Origin: Candidatus Binataceae bacterium
GTDB lineage: Bacteria > Desulfobacterota > Binatia > Binatales > Binataceae
Reading direction: 5' to 3'
DNA length: 64,000 nucleotides
NCBI GenBank assembly: GCA_035508495.1
Contig: DATJMX010000030.1
Span: 33,894-97,893, forward strand
Shown here: one piece after another, positions 55,212 to 63,050 of the stretch
How positions within the stretch are numbered: the stretch's first letter is position 1
How the letters are laid out: the number at the start of each line of letters is the position of its first letter
Notes under the pieces: generated by a model
What the model was told of the DNA's origin: nothing
What the model saw: only the letters and a program-made list of their open reading frames with translations
Database searches by the model: none
Made by a program: the position numbers and the translations under genes

Positions 55212-55871
55212 ATGGACGCTGAAGCTTTCGTCCGGCAATTGGTCTCCGAAAATGACGAAATCCTGCGCCGACTCGCGCCTGCCCAGGCCCTCAAGGCCGA
55301 AAGCGGCGGCGACCTGAATCCGCAGCGGCTGCTGCGTATCGCGCTCAAGAACGAGATCGAAGCGAGCGAGATCGCCGCGCTCTGGATGCCGCACGCTGCT
55401 GGCGCCGAGCTGAAGCTCGCGCTCGCGCGGCAGGCGGGTGACGAGGCGCGGCACTATCGGCTTATCGAAGAGCGCCTCCATGCGCTCGGCGACGATCTGG
55501 CGGGCTACGATCCGCTCGCGCCGGGCTACAGCCCGATGTTCCAGTTTCTCGCGGGGCTCAAGTCCGACGTTGAGCGCGTCGCGGCGGGTCAGTTCACGCG
55601 CGAGGCGATCGCACTCGCGCGTAACGCGCAGTTCATCGAACTATGCGATATGACCGGAGACCACCAGACGGCGCGCCTCTACCGCGACGTGATCCAGCCC
55701 GACGAGCGCTTCCATCATGAGCTCGGTGTGCGCTTCCTGGAGCGGCTGGCGACCGGCGACGAGGCGCAGGCGCTCGCGCAAGGCGCGCGGGCGCGCACGA
55801 TCGAACTGGCCGAGGAACTGCAGACGCTCGCCTTCAAGCGCAGCGGGATTCATCACGCTCCCGGCTGTTGA
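55212..55871 (+). CDS. ferritin-like superfamily protein with putative di-iron carboxylate site
   Basis: All-helical, with paired E...ExxH motifs (EIEASE...DEARHY and REAIA...ERFHHE) spaced as in di-iron four-helix bundles. Confidence 0.5.
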   Translation: MDAEAFVRQLVSENDEILRRLAPAQALKAESGGDLNPQRLLRIALKNEIEASEIAALWMPHAAGAELKLALARQAGDEARHYRLIEERLHALGDDLAGYDPLAPGYSPMFQFLAGLKSDVERVAAGQFTREAIALARNAQFIELCDMTGDHQTARLYRDVIQPDERFHHELGVRFLERLATGDEAQALAQGARARTIELAEELQTLAFKRSGIHHAPGC

Positions 55872-55901
55872 TCGCGGGCCGACCGGCGCGAGTTAACCGC
55901 G

Positions 55902-56507
55902 ATGGAAAACGTCCACGACAACAGCACCATAATCAGCGAAGTATTCACTGCGCTATGCGCGAGCGATCTCAGAAAGGCGCGCTTCACGATCAAGGACAAG
56001 TACGAGTTCCAGCTCGTGACGCCCGCGACGCGTGTATACAGCGAGGTCGAGCTGCTCTCGGTCTTCATGCGCGACGGCTTTATCGATCGCTACTCGCCCA
56101 ATCGCCAGCGCCTGATGTTCCCGGGAGTCCTGCGGCTGCTGTCACATTTCATGCCCGATTTGTTCCCCTTCGATCCGCATTGGAAACTCTCCGAATGCCA
56201 TATCGCCTACTGGGAGCTGATGCCGACGATTGACCATCGCGTGCCGGTCGCGCGCGGGGGCGTCGATGCGGAATCGAACTGGATCACGACCTCGCAGATT
56301 CGCAACAGCGCCAAGGGCGCGTGGACACTCGAGGAACTCGGATGGAAAGAGCAGCCGCCCGGAAACCTCGCCGAATGGGACGGGCTGATGGCGGCATTCG
56401 TCGATTACTTCGACAAGAACCCGCCGCTCGCCGAGGAGCCCTCCCTGAAAACGTGGCGCGATGCGGTCGCCGCATGCGAAACCAATCGCGCCAAACAACC
56501 CGCCTGA
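55902..56507 (+). CDS. HNH (His-Me finger) nuclease-like protein
   Basis: CHIAYWELMPTIDHRVPVARGGVDAESNWITTSQIRNSAKG resembles an HNH motif (DH...GG...N...N). Confidence 0.4.
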   Translation: MENVHDNSTIISEVFTALCASDLRKARFTIKDKYEFQLVTPATRVYSEVELLSVFMRDGFIDRYSPNRQRLMFPGVLRLLSHFMPDLFPFDPHWKLSECHIAYWELMPTIDHRVPVARGGVDAESNWITTSQIRNSAKGAWTLEELGWKEQPPGNLAEWDGLMAAFVDYFDKNPPLAEEPSLKTWRDAVAACETNRAKQPA

Positions 56508-56526
56508 GACAGCAGCCGGAGAATCG

Positions 56527-56760
56527 ATGATCGCAACAATAGTGATCGGTCTCGTCGCAGGATGGCTCGCCGGCATCCTGATGCGCGGCAGCGGCTACGG
56601 AATGTTCGTCGACATCCTGCTTGGCCTGATCGGCGCAGTGATCGGCCGCTGGATCTTCGCAACGCTCGGAATCGCCGCAGTAGGCGGCCTCGGCTACCTC
56701 GCGATGTCCACGGTAGGCGCCGTGGTTCTGGTAGCGATCACGCATCTGTTCCATCGCTAG
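56527..56760 (+). CDS. GlsB/YeaQ/YmgE-family small stress-response membrane protein
   Basis: MIATIVIGLVAGWLAGILMRGSGYGMFVDILLGLIGAVIGRWIF matches this family. Confidence 0.7.
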   Translation: MIATIVIGLVAGWLAGILMRGSGYGMFVDILLGLIGAVIGRWIFATLGIAAVGGLGYLAMSTVGAVVLVAITHLFHR

Positions 56761-56820
56761 CGATGCGGAGGCTCCGAGCCTTTCCGTCGCCCATTTAAAT
56801 CGTTGGCCGCGATCGAGTCC

Positions 56821-56930
56821 GTCATCCAGAGCGGTGACCGCGAAGGATCTCGGAGGCCCCGAAGGGGCCGGCACCGGTAAGCGCGCGAAGCGCTTTCCTT
56901 AAGCGCGATCTATCGCGAGAAAACGCTTAA
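56821..56930. repeat. repeat family C copy (CGTCATCCAGAGCGGTGACCGCGAAGGATCTCGGAGGCCCCGAAGGGGCCGGCACCGG...) with CTTAAGCG/CGCTTAAG inverted tail
   Basis: Matches 9517-9592 and 27101-27270; its 5' end matches the partial copy at 28998-29013. Confidence 0.6.
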
Positions 56931-57023
56931 GGGTTGGACGCGAACAAGAAAGCTCGAACTGATCCAAACAACCAACCCGGCGATGGCCGATCTCAGTCCC
57001 GCATTGGCATAGAATACTGGACG

Positions 57024-58286
57024 ATGCGGTTTCACTTCGTGCACGCACGAATCTTTCTTGCACTCGCGATCGTGGTGGCGTTCTCAATCGCGCCCGCACC
57101 AGCGCACGCCGACACCCTCGCGGATCGCGCGGGGCAGCTTGCCGATGCTGCGTTTGTGATGCTCAATTCGCTCAACAATGCGGAGGCCGGCAAGTACAGC
57201 GGCGGGCCGCTGCTTGCGCCTACCGCTGAACTCGCGAGCAATGCGCAGGCGCTCGCTTCGGCAGTGAAATCCGGCGATACCTCGGGAGCGCGGCATGCGA
57301 TGGCCGCGATCGTTCGCGACCAGGGCACGATTGAGCCGCTCACCAATGGCATATCGCCCACAATTCTCGCCGAATGGGGTTCGCTGAAGACCCAGATCGC
57401 GTTGGTACAGAAAGAGGTGCCGCCCGAGCAGGGTGCGCCGCCTTCGATTCCGGCTGCATCTGAACCTCCTGCCGAATCACCGCCGCCGGTCGGCTCGGCG
57501 CCGGTATCGAGTCACGCCAGCGCACCGCAAATCGTGATCGACAAGCGCACTTCAAATCCCGAAGACGATTCGCTGACCGTGCATGGCTTTATCCAGGGCA
57601 CCGATCTCAAGGACGCCGGGATCTATCAGGGTGGCCGCAAGCTCAAGGATATCGAGGTCGCGAGCGTGCACGGTGAGCAGCGCCTCAACTTTACCTTCAA
57701 GATCAATGATCCCGAGCCCGACCAGTACATCAGTGCGACGGATATCGAGGGCCGCCAGGCGAGCGCCAGTATCACGGGCGATTCGAGCGCCCCGTCATTA
57801 GCACCGCCAGCGAGCGAAGCGGGCGGTGCGTCCGAAGCGGGAGTCGCACCCGAAGCGGGAGAGGCGCCGACGATCGGAGGCTCGGACAGCAGCACGGCCG
57901 AGATTTCACCGTCGGGCGGTCCCGAGCTTTCACCCGAGCCCACCCGCCGCCTGACTGAGCTTGGCAACGTGCAAATCAATATCGCGATGATCCGGCGCTC
58001 GCCGACCGCGACCAATGAGTACGAAGTGAGCGGCCAGATCGTTGGCAACGTGACGCGCGCCGGAATCTACGCCGGCGGCCGCATGATCAAGCAAATCCCG
58101 CTGATCCCCGGCGGCTTCAGCAACTTCGACGTGACCTTCTCACGACTCGGCCGCAAGAATATCGCGATTCGCGCCTACGGACCCGGCAGCGACTTCGTCG
58201 AGCAGCCTCTCGCCCCGGGCGCCGGTATCTCGACCTTCAGCAACGCCCGCCCGTCGAGTCCATATCCTTACGGTGCCGCCCCCTAA
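57024..58286 (+). CDS. secreted protein with Pro/Ala/Ser-rich linkers and two internally repeated beta-domain modules
   Basis: Signal MRFHFVHARIFLALAIVVAFSIAPAPAHA. Repeats HGFIQGTDLKDAGIYQGGRKLKDIEV...FTFKI and SGQIVGNVTRAGIYAGGRMIKQIPL...FDVTF. Confidence 0.5.
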   Translation: MRFHFVHARIFLALAIVVAFSIAPAPAHADTLADRAGQLADAAFVMLNSLNNAEAGKYSGGPLLAPTAELASNAQALASAVKSGDTSGARHAMAAIVRDQGTIEPLTNGISPTILAEWGSLKTQIALVQKEVPPEQGAPPSIPAASEPPAESPPPVGSAPVSSHASAPQIVIDKRTSNPEDDSLTVHGFIQGTDLKDAGIYQGGRKLKDIEVASVHGEQRLNFTFKINDPEPDQYISATDIEGRQASASITGDSSAPSLAPPASEAGGASEAGVAPEAGEAPTIGGSDSSTAEISPSGGPELSPEPTRRLTELGNVQINIAMIRRSPTATNEYEVSGQIVGNVTRAGIYAGGRMIKQIPLIPGGFSNFDVTFSRLGRKNIAIRAYGPGSDFVEQPLAPGAGISTFSNARPSSPYPYGAAP

Positions 58287-58363
58287 ACTGCGCGCGACGA
58301 CAAATCAGCGGCGGCGTGGATTTACACAACAATCGCCCGGGGCAGAGAACGCGGGCGATCGAA

Positions 58364-58471
58364 CTTCCCTTCCAGTGCAGGAAGGGAAAGAGGGTTAGGT
58401 CGTCTCTTTTTCTGAAAAGATCTCAGACAAACGACCTAACCCCCAGCCCCTTCCCGCATCAGGACGGGGGG
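58364..58471. repeat. MITE-like palindromic element, repeat family B, full copy
   Basis: CTTCCCTTCCAGTGCAGGAAGGGAAAGAGGGTTAGGTCGTCT, a spacer, then ACGACCTAACCCCCAGCCCCTTCCCGCATCAGGACGGGGGGG. Confidence 0.65.
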
Positions 58472-58515
58472 GCAGGCGCAGTCCTGCGACTACCCTGATC
58501 ATTCGCGGAGCAGCC

Positions 58516-58543
58516 TTGCTGCGTCCATCGGCTGTGGTAAAAT
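58516..58543 (+). promoter_or_regulatory. candidate sigma70-like promoter for efp (TTGCTG-N16-TAAAAT)
   Basis: Seen directly at 58516-58521 and 58538-58543. Confidence 0.35.
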
Positions 58544-58576
58544 TGGCTACTTAACCTTCACGAGAGTATTTCGACA

Positions 58577-59140
58577 ATGCAGATTCAAGCGACGCAACTC
58601 CGCGCCGGTATGGTGCTCGAGTACAACAAGGATCTATGGCGCGTGATGAGCGTCACTCACATCACACCCGGCAACTGGCGCGGGATGGTGCAGACCAAAC
58701 TGCGCAACATCAAGAGCGGCTCGCAGACAGAAAATCGCTTCCGCTCTGAAGACCGCGTCGAGCGCGTCATCCTGAACCAGCATACGATGCAGTTCCTCTA
58801 CCAGGATGGCGACGACTATCACTTCATGAACACCGAGAACTACGAGCAGATCACGATTCCCAAGGATCTGATCGAAGACGTCGTCGGCTACCTCACGCCC
58901 AACCTCGAAGTCGAAGTCGAGTTCTACGAGACCACGCCGCTCAACGTCACTCCGCCCAAAACGATCACGCTCAAGGTGATCGCGGCCGACCCGGGTCTCA
59001 AGACCGCCGCTGTCACCAACACGCTCAAGAATGCCACGGTCGAAACCGGGATGGTCGTGCAGGTGCCGCACTTCGTCAACGAAGGCGATACCATCACGCT
59101 CAACACCGAAACCGGCGAATATCTCTCGCGGAACAAGTAG
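58577..59140 (+). CDS. efp: elongation factor P
   Basis: MQIQATQLRAGMVLEYNKDLWRV...KLRNIKSGSQTENRFRSEDRVERV...PHFVNEGDTITLNTETGEYLSRNK. Confidence 0.9.
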   Translation: MQIQATQLRAGMVLEYNKDLWRVMSVTHITPGNWRGMVQTKLRNIKSGSQTENRFRSEDRVERVILNQHTMQFLYQDGDDYHFMNTENYEQITIPKDLIEDVVGYLTPNLEVEVEFYETTPLNVTPPKTITLKVIAADPGLKTAAVTNTLKNATVETGMVVQVPHFVNEGDTITLNTETGEYLSRNK

Positions 59141-60352
59141 GTGCAGACGCCTGGCGGCAAGCGTGCGCCCGCGCGCGGCCGCGCTAATGCGCCCACGGAC
59201 ACCAGCCGGCCGCGAGGTCCACGGCGCGCGCCGCGTCCTGAGCGCGAGTCGCCCGCGCCGCTGCGGCTCGTGCCGGGGCTCTACTCGGCATATACGCAGC
59301 CTGGATTCGAGGTGATCGCGGCGAACGAAATTGCCGCCCGGATCGCAGGCGCGCGCGAAGTCGCTCGGCGTTCGATTCCGGATCGCGCCGGGGTCACGAT
59401 CTTCTCCGCAAGGAACGCGGCCGATGCGCTCGCACGGCTGCGAACTACCGAAGACATCTTCACGGTTGCCGGCTATCGCGCGGGCCTTGGTATCGAGCCG
59501 CCGACGCTCGACAAGGTGCGAGGCGTATCGCGCGATGCGCCCTTTGTCGAAGCCGCCCTGCACGATCGCGCTACGATGACGCCCGGCTCGCGCGCGGGCC
59601 GCCGATTGCGCTATCGCGTCGTGGCGCGCCTGGTCGGCGATCACCAGTTTCGCCGCGTCGATCTCCAGCACGCCGTCGAACGTGGAATCGCCGAGCGCGA
59701 GGACCATACCTGGCGCCTTGACGAGGAAGCCGACGTCGAGTTCTGGGCCACAATGAACGCGGGCGAATTAGTGCTGGAAGTGCGGCTCACCGACGAGCGC
59801 ATGCGCCATCGCGAGTACAAGGCGGCGCATCGAATCGCGGCGCTCAGGCCGTCGGTCGCAGGCGCGCTCGCATGGCTCTCGGAGCCCGAGGAATCCGACG
59901 TAGTGCTGGATCCGTTCTGCGGCACGGGTACGATTCTCATCGAGCGGGCGCATCTGGGACGCTATGCGATGCTCTACGGCAGCGATCGCGATCCCGCGGC
60001 GCTCGAAGCGGCGCGCGCCAACGTCGGTCCGCGCTACAAACCGATCCAGCTCGAGCGATGGGACGCGGCTGCCCTTCCAATCGAACCCGCGAGCGTGTCG
60101 AAAATCGTGACCAACCTGCCGTGGGGCAAGACCTACGGCACGCACGGCGAGAATCGCCGCCTCTATCCAAAGTGGTTCGCTGAGTTCAGCCGCGTGCTCA
60201 GGAAGGACGGCCGAGTCGTCGCGCTCACCTCCGAATGGCGCCTGATGCGCGAGCTCGAAGAGCGCGGCATCTTCAAAGCCGACAAAGTCTTCCGCGTGTC
60301 GATCCTCGGCGCCTCAGCCGCAGTGTACGTCGGCCGCAATCGCGCTCAGTAA
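59141..60352 (+). CDS. THUMP-domain class I SAM-dependent RNA (m2G-type) methyltransferase
   Basis: Motif I LDPFCGTGTILIE and catalytic NLPWG (NPPY-type), with an upstream THUMP-like region. The first 40 or so codons are Arg/Pro-rich; an in-frame GTG at 59270 (VPGLYSAYTQPGFE) may be the real start. Confidence 0.7.
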   Translation: MQTPGGKRAPARGRANAPTDTSRPRGPRRAPRPERESPAPLRLVPGLYSAYTQPGFEVIAANEIAARIAGAREVARRSIPDRAGVTIFSARNAADALARLRTTEDIFTVAGYRAGLGIEPPTLDKVRGVSRDAPFVEAALHDRATMTPGSRAGRRLRYRVVARLVGDHQFRRVDLQHAVERGIAEREDHTWRLDEEADVEFWATMNAGELVLEVRLTDERMRHREYKAAHRIAALRPSVAGALAWLSEPEESDVVLDPFCGTGTILIERAHLGRYAMLYGSDRDPAALEAARANVGPRYKPIQLERWDAAALPIEPASVSKIVTNLPWGKTYGTHGENRRLYPKWFAEFSRVLRKDGRVVALTSEWRLMRELEERGIFKADKVFRVSILGASAAVYVGRNRAQ

Positions 60353-60470
60353 AAAAGCAGAAGCAGTTACCACCAAGGCACGAAGACACTAAGCGAAGCG
60401 GCGCAGCGCCGCTTCGTTTATTACCTTACTGACTTTCTGCCTTCGTGCCTTTGTGGTTCTCTGCCTGCCT
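60353..60470. repeat. dispersed repeat family D, best-preserved copy (ACCAAGGCACGAAGACACTAAG + GCGAAGCGGCGCAGCGCCGCTTCG + inverted CCTTCGTGCCTTTGTGGTT)
   Basis: Inverted flanks around a 10-bp GC stem, located at the 3' end of the methyltransferase gene. Confidence 0.6.
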
Positions 60471-60493
60471 GACTTTGTGCTAAATCCCGTCGC

Positions 60494-61336
60494 ATGAAAT
60501 TCGGATTATTCGGAATCAATAACGGCGCTTGCGCATTTCCCAAGACTGCCGCGGCCGTGGCGCGCGCGGCTGAAGCGGCAGGCTTCGAAAGCTTGTGGAC
60601 GGGTGAGCACGTGATCCTGCCCGACCCGCAGGTGGCGCCGTCTCCCGTCGCTCCCGATTATCCGATGCTCGACCCTGCGGTATCGCTCGCCTTTATCGCG
60701 GCGCATACGACGAAGGTGAAGCTCGGCACGGGGATTATCATCCTGCCGCAGCGCAATCCTGTAGTGCTCGCGAAGGAACTCGCCTCGACGGACACGCTGT
60801 CCGGTGGGCGGCTCATTTTCGGTATCGGAATCGGCTATCTCAAGCCGGAGTTCGAGGCGATCGGCGCGCCGTTCGATCACAAGGGCCCGCGTACCGAGGA
60901 GTTCCTCGCCGCGATGATCGCGTTGTGGACGATGGAGAAGCCCGAGTTTCACGGCAAGTGGGTGAACTTCAAGGGCGTCAATGCGATGCCGCGGCCGGCC
61001 TCGAAGCCTCATCCTGAGATCGTCTTCGGGGGCCATACCGCCGACGCCTACAGCCGCGCGGCGCGCCTCGCCAAGGGATGGTATGGGTTTGCGCTCGACG
61101 TTGACGGCGCGAAGAAGTGTATCGATGGCGTCAGGGAAGCATGCGCGAAGGCCGGCCGCAATTTCGCCGACGTTGAGATCAGCGTGACGCCGCGCGTGCC
61201 CATTGATCGTGATACGGCCAAGCGCTTCGCCGATCTCGGCGTGCATCGGTTGATCCTGCTGCAGCGCGCGCAGGACGAGGCCGGGATCCTGAAGCAGGTT
61301 GGCGAGGTCGAGCGGGAGCTTATCGGAAAGATCTAG
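60494..61336 (+). CDS. LLM-class F420-dependent oxidoreductase (Rv2161c-like subfamily)
   Basis: MKFGLFGINNGACAFPKTAAAVARAAEAAGFESLWTGEHV...RLIFGIGIGY is the typical N-terminus of this subfamily. Confidence 0.7.
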   Translation: MKFGLFGINNGACAFPKTAAAVARAAEAAGFESLWTGEHVILPDPQVAPSPVAPDYPMLDPAVSLAFIAAHTTKVKLGTGIIILPQRNPVVLAKELASTDTLSGGRLIFGIGIGYLKPEFEAIGAPFDHKGPRTEEFLAAMIALWTMEKPEFHGKWVNFKGVNAMPRPASKPHPEIVFGGHTADAYSRAARLAKGWYGFALDVDGAKKCIDGVREACAKAGRNFADVEISVTPRVPIDRDTAKRFADLGVHRLILLQRAQDEAGILKQVGEVERELIGKI

Positions 61337-61631
61337 GTTCGCTGACGGCTTGTTTAGTTAGTCTGCTTTCGTCCCGACTTGGGACAGAGCGTCCGCGATA
61401 GGACGAGGATGCCGCACGGCTGCGGAAATCGGCCAAGAGGTCGTTTTCGTGGCCTGATCGTCAATTTTGCGTCGCCCCGCCAAAAACATATCGACTGAGG
61501 CCATCCTTTTTTTGCCATCTTTCGCTACGATGCGTGATTTTTCCGAGCGCATTCTCCGGCACGCCGCTTGCGAGGTACGCAAACAAGTCTTGAATCGGCG
61601 AGCAAACGGTGGGAATGAGGAGGTTTGCGTA

Positions 61632-61826
61632 ATGGTGAAGAACGAAAGCAGTCGTGTCCTGACGGTCAAAGAACTGTCTGATTATTTGAAAGTGCATCCA
61701 TCGACGATCTACCGGCAGCTCAAGCGTGGTCGTCTTCCGGCGTTCAAAGTCGGCAGTGACTGGCGGTTTAATATCGAATCGATCGATCGCTGGCGCCTGG
61801 AACAGGACAGCTTCAAGGCGCTGTAA
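61632..61826 (+). CDS. small HTH_17 / excisionase-family DNA-binding protein (paralogue of 21054-21248)
   Basis: LTVKELSDYLKVHPSTIYRQLKRGRLPAFKVGSDWRFNIESIDRW; GAGGAGG RBS. Confidence 0.55.
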   Translation: MVKNESSRVLTVKELSDYLKVHPSTIYRQLKRGRLPAFKVGSDWRFNIESIDRWRLEQDSFKAL

Positions 61827-61867
61827 ACTGCGGGGCTGGGGTGAAGGGGGATGTGGCAAAGGGGAGT

Positions 61868-61920
61868 GTGGCCACGCGCGGGGTGCGGATGACGCTCCCC
61901 GCCGCGGCCACCGTTTTTTC
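61868..61920 (+). terminator. terminator-like imperfect GC hairpin plus T-run after the HTH gene
   Basis: GTGGCCACGCGCGGGG...CCCCGCCGCGGCCACCGTTTTTTC. Confidence 0.4.
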
Positions 61921-62118
61921 TGCAAGGAAGCGCGGCGGAAGCGCGAAGCGGTCCGAGGTGATTTGGCCCCCAAAAACCCCTTTTTTGCCCTAAACCATGT
62001 TGAGGGTATCGCCAGTCATTTGAAGTGATTGGCTGCGACTTACTCCGAGCCTTCGCGGCAGCCGCTCAGGATGACGGATTCGATCGCAGCGATAGGATCA
62101 GACGATAGAGTCATCTCC

Positions 62119-62192
62119 AAAAAAATACAGTGGGGTGGGCGTCCCTGCCCGCCATTAAGATGGCGCGCTGCGCGCCTTCGATGGCTGTGAAA
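62119..62192. repeat. repeat family F copy 1 (GGTGGGCGTCCCTGCCCGCCATTAAGATGGCGCGCTGCGCGCCTTCGATGGCTGTGAAA)
   Basis: About 75-bp direct repeat with two internal palindromes (GGGCGTCCCTGCCC; GGCGCGCTGCGCGCC). The second copy is at 62871-62946. Confidence 0.6.
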
Positions 62193-62361
62193 TCTAGCGC
62201 GAAGACGACCGCGCTCGATCAACGGCCACCCAAGGCCGCACCCGCTAACGGTCTTCCTCAACCTCGTCAGCGAGCTTTAGGAGCGATGGGCTTAGGCTGA
62301 ATTGACGTAGAAAGGGCAGTTTACTAACTGACGGCATTAGCTCACACGCTGGAGGGGGAAC

Positions 62362-62865
62362 ATGTCAAAACCAGGTGCCCTAATGTTGGTAGCACTTGCC
62401 GTTGGTGGAATTGCATTTACACCGATCGCTCATGCCCAGACCGACGGTGACAAGGCGGCGGTCAAGACACTCAACCAACAGATCATGGCCGGCTTCAACC
62501 ATCACGACGCCTCAGCAATCATGGCTTTCTACTCCAATGACCCGGACGCGATCTTCTTCGAGGACACTATCCCACTTCAGTTCAACAAGGCGGCGCTAAT
62601 CAAGGTTACTACGGACTTCTTCAAGTCCGCATCCGATTTTCAGGCCACCATGGACTCGTACGATTCGGTCGTAAGCGGCGACCTGGCCGCCGTGCATTAC
62701 GTCATTCGGAACAGTTGGACCGACAAGAACGGTAAGCATTCGCAAACCAGCCGCTACACGCAGATTGATAAGAAGGAGGGCGGCAAGTGGCTCGTATGGC
62801 ATGAGCATTATTCCGTGCCGTTCGACCCTGCGACCGGCAAAGCTGTGTTCAACGCAGCGCCGTAG
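62362..62865 (+). CDS. secreted SnoaL-like/DUF4440 (NTF2-fold) protein
   Basis: Signal peptide MSKPGALMLVALAVGGIAFTPIAHAQ, then NTF2-like GDKAAVKTLNQQIMAGFNHHDASAIMAFYSNDPDAIFFED...GKWLVWHEHYS. Visibly lower GC than its surroundings. Confidence 0.55.
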   Translation: MSKPGALMLVALAVGGIAFTPIAHAQTDGDKAAVKTLNQQIMAGFNHHDASAIMAFYSNDPDAIFFEDTIPLQFNKAALIKVTTDFFKSASDFQATMDSYDSVVSGDLAAVHYVIRNSWTDKNGKHSQTSRYTQIDKKEGGKWLVWHEHYSVPFDPATGKAVFNAAP

Positions 62866-62870
62866 TTCTG

Positions 62871-62946
62871 AAAAATCGGTGGGGCGGGCGTCCCTGCCCG
62901 CGGTTAAGATGGCGCGCTGCGCCGCCTTCCATGGCTGTGAAAAAAG
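62871..62946. repeat. repeat family F copy 2
   Basis: GGTGGGGCGGGCGTCCCTGCCCGCGGTTAAGATGGCGCGCTGCGCCGCCTTCCATGGCTGTGAAAAAA, a direct repeat of 62119-62192. Confidence 0.6.
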
Positions 62947-63050
62947 GTCGCGCCGAGAGGACTCCGCGCAATCAGTGGCCGGCTAGGATGCCCGCCCTAC
63001 TAGATTTTGAAAGCATCAGAAGCTGCGAACGACGCGATGCAAATTCGATG

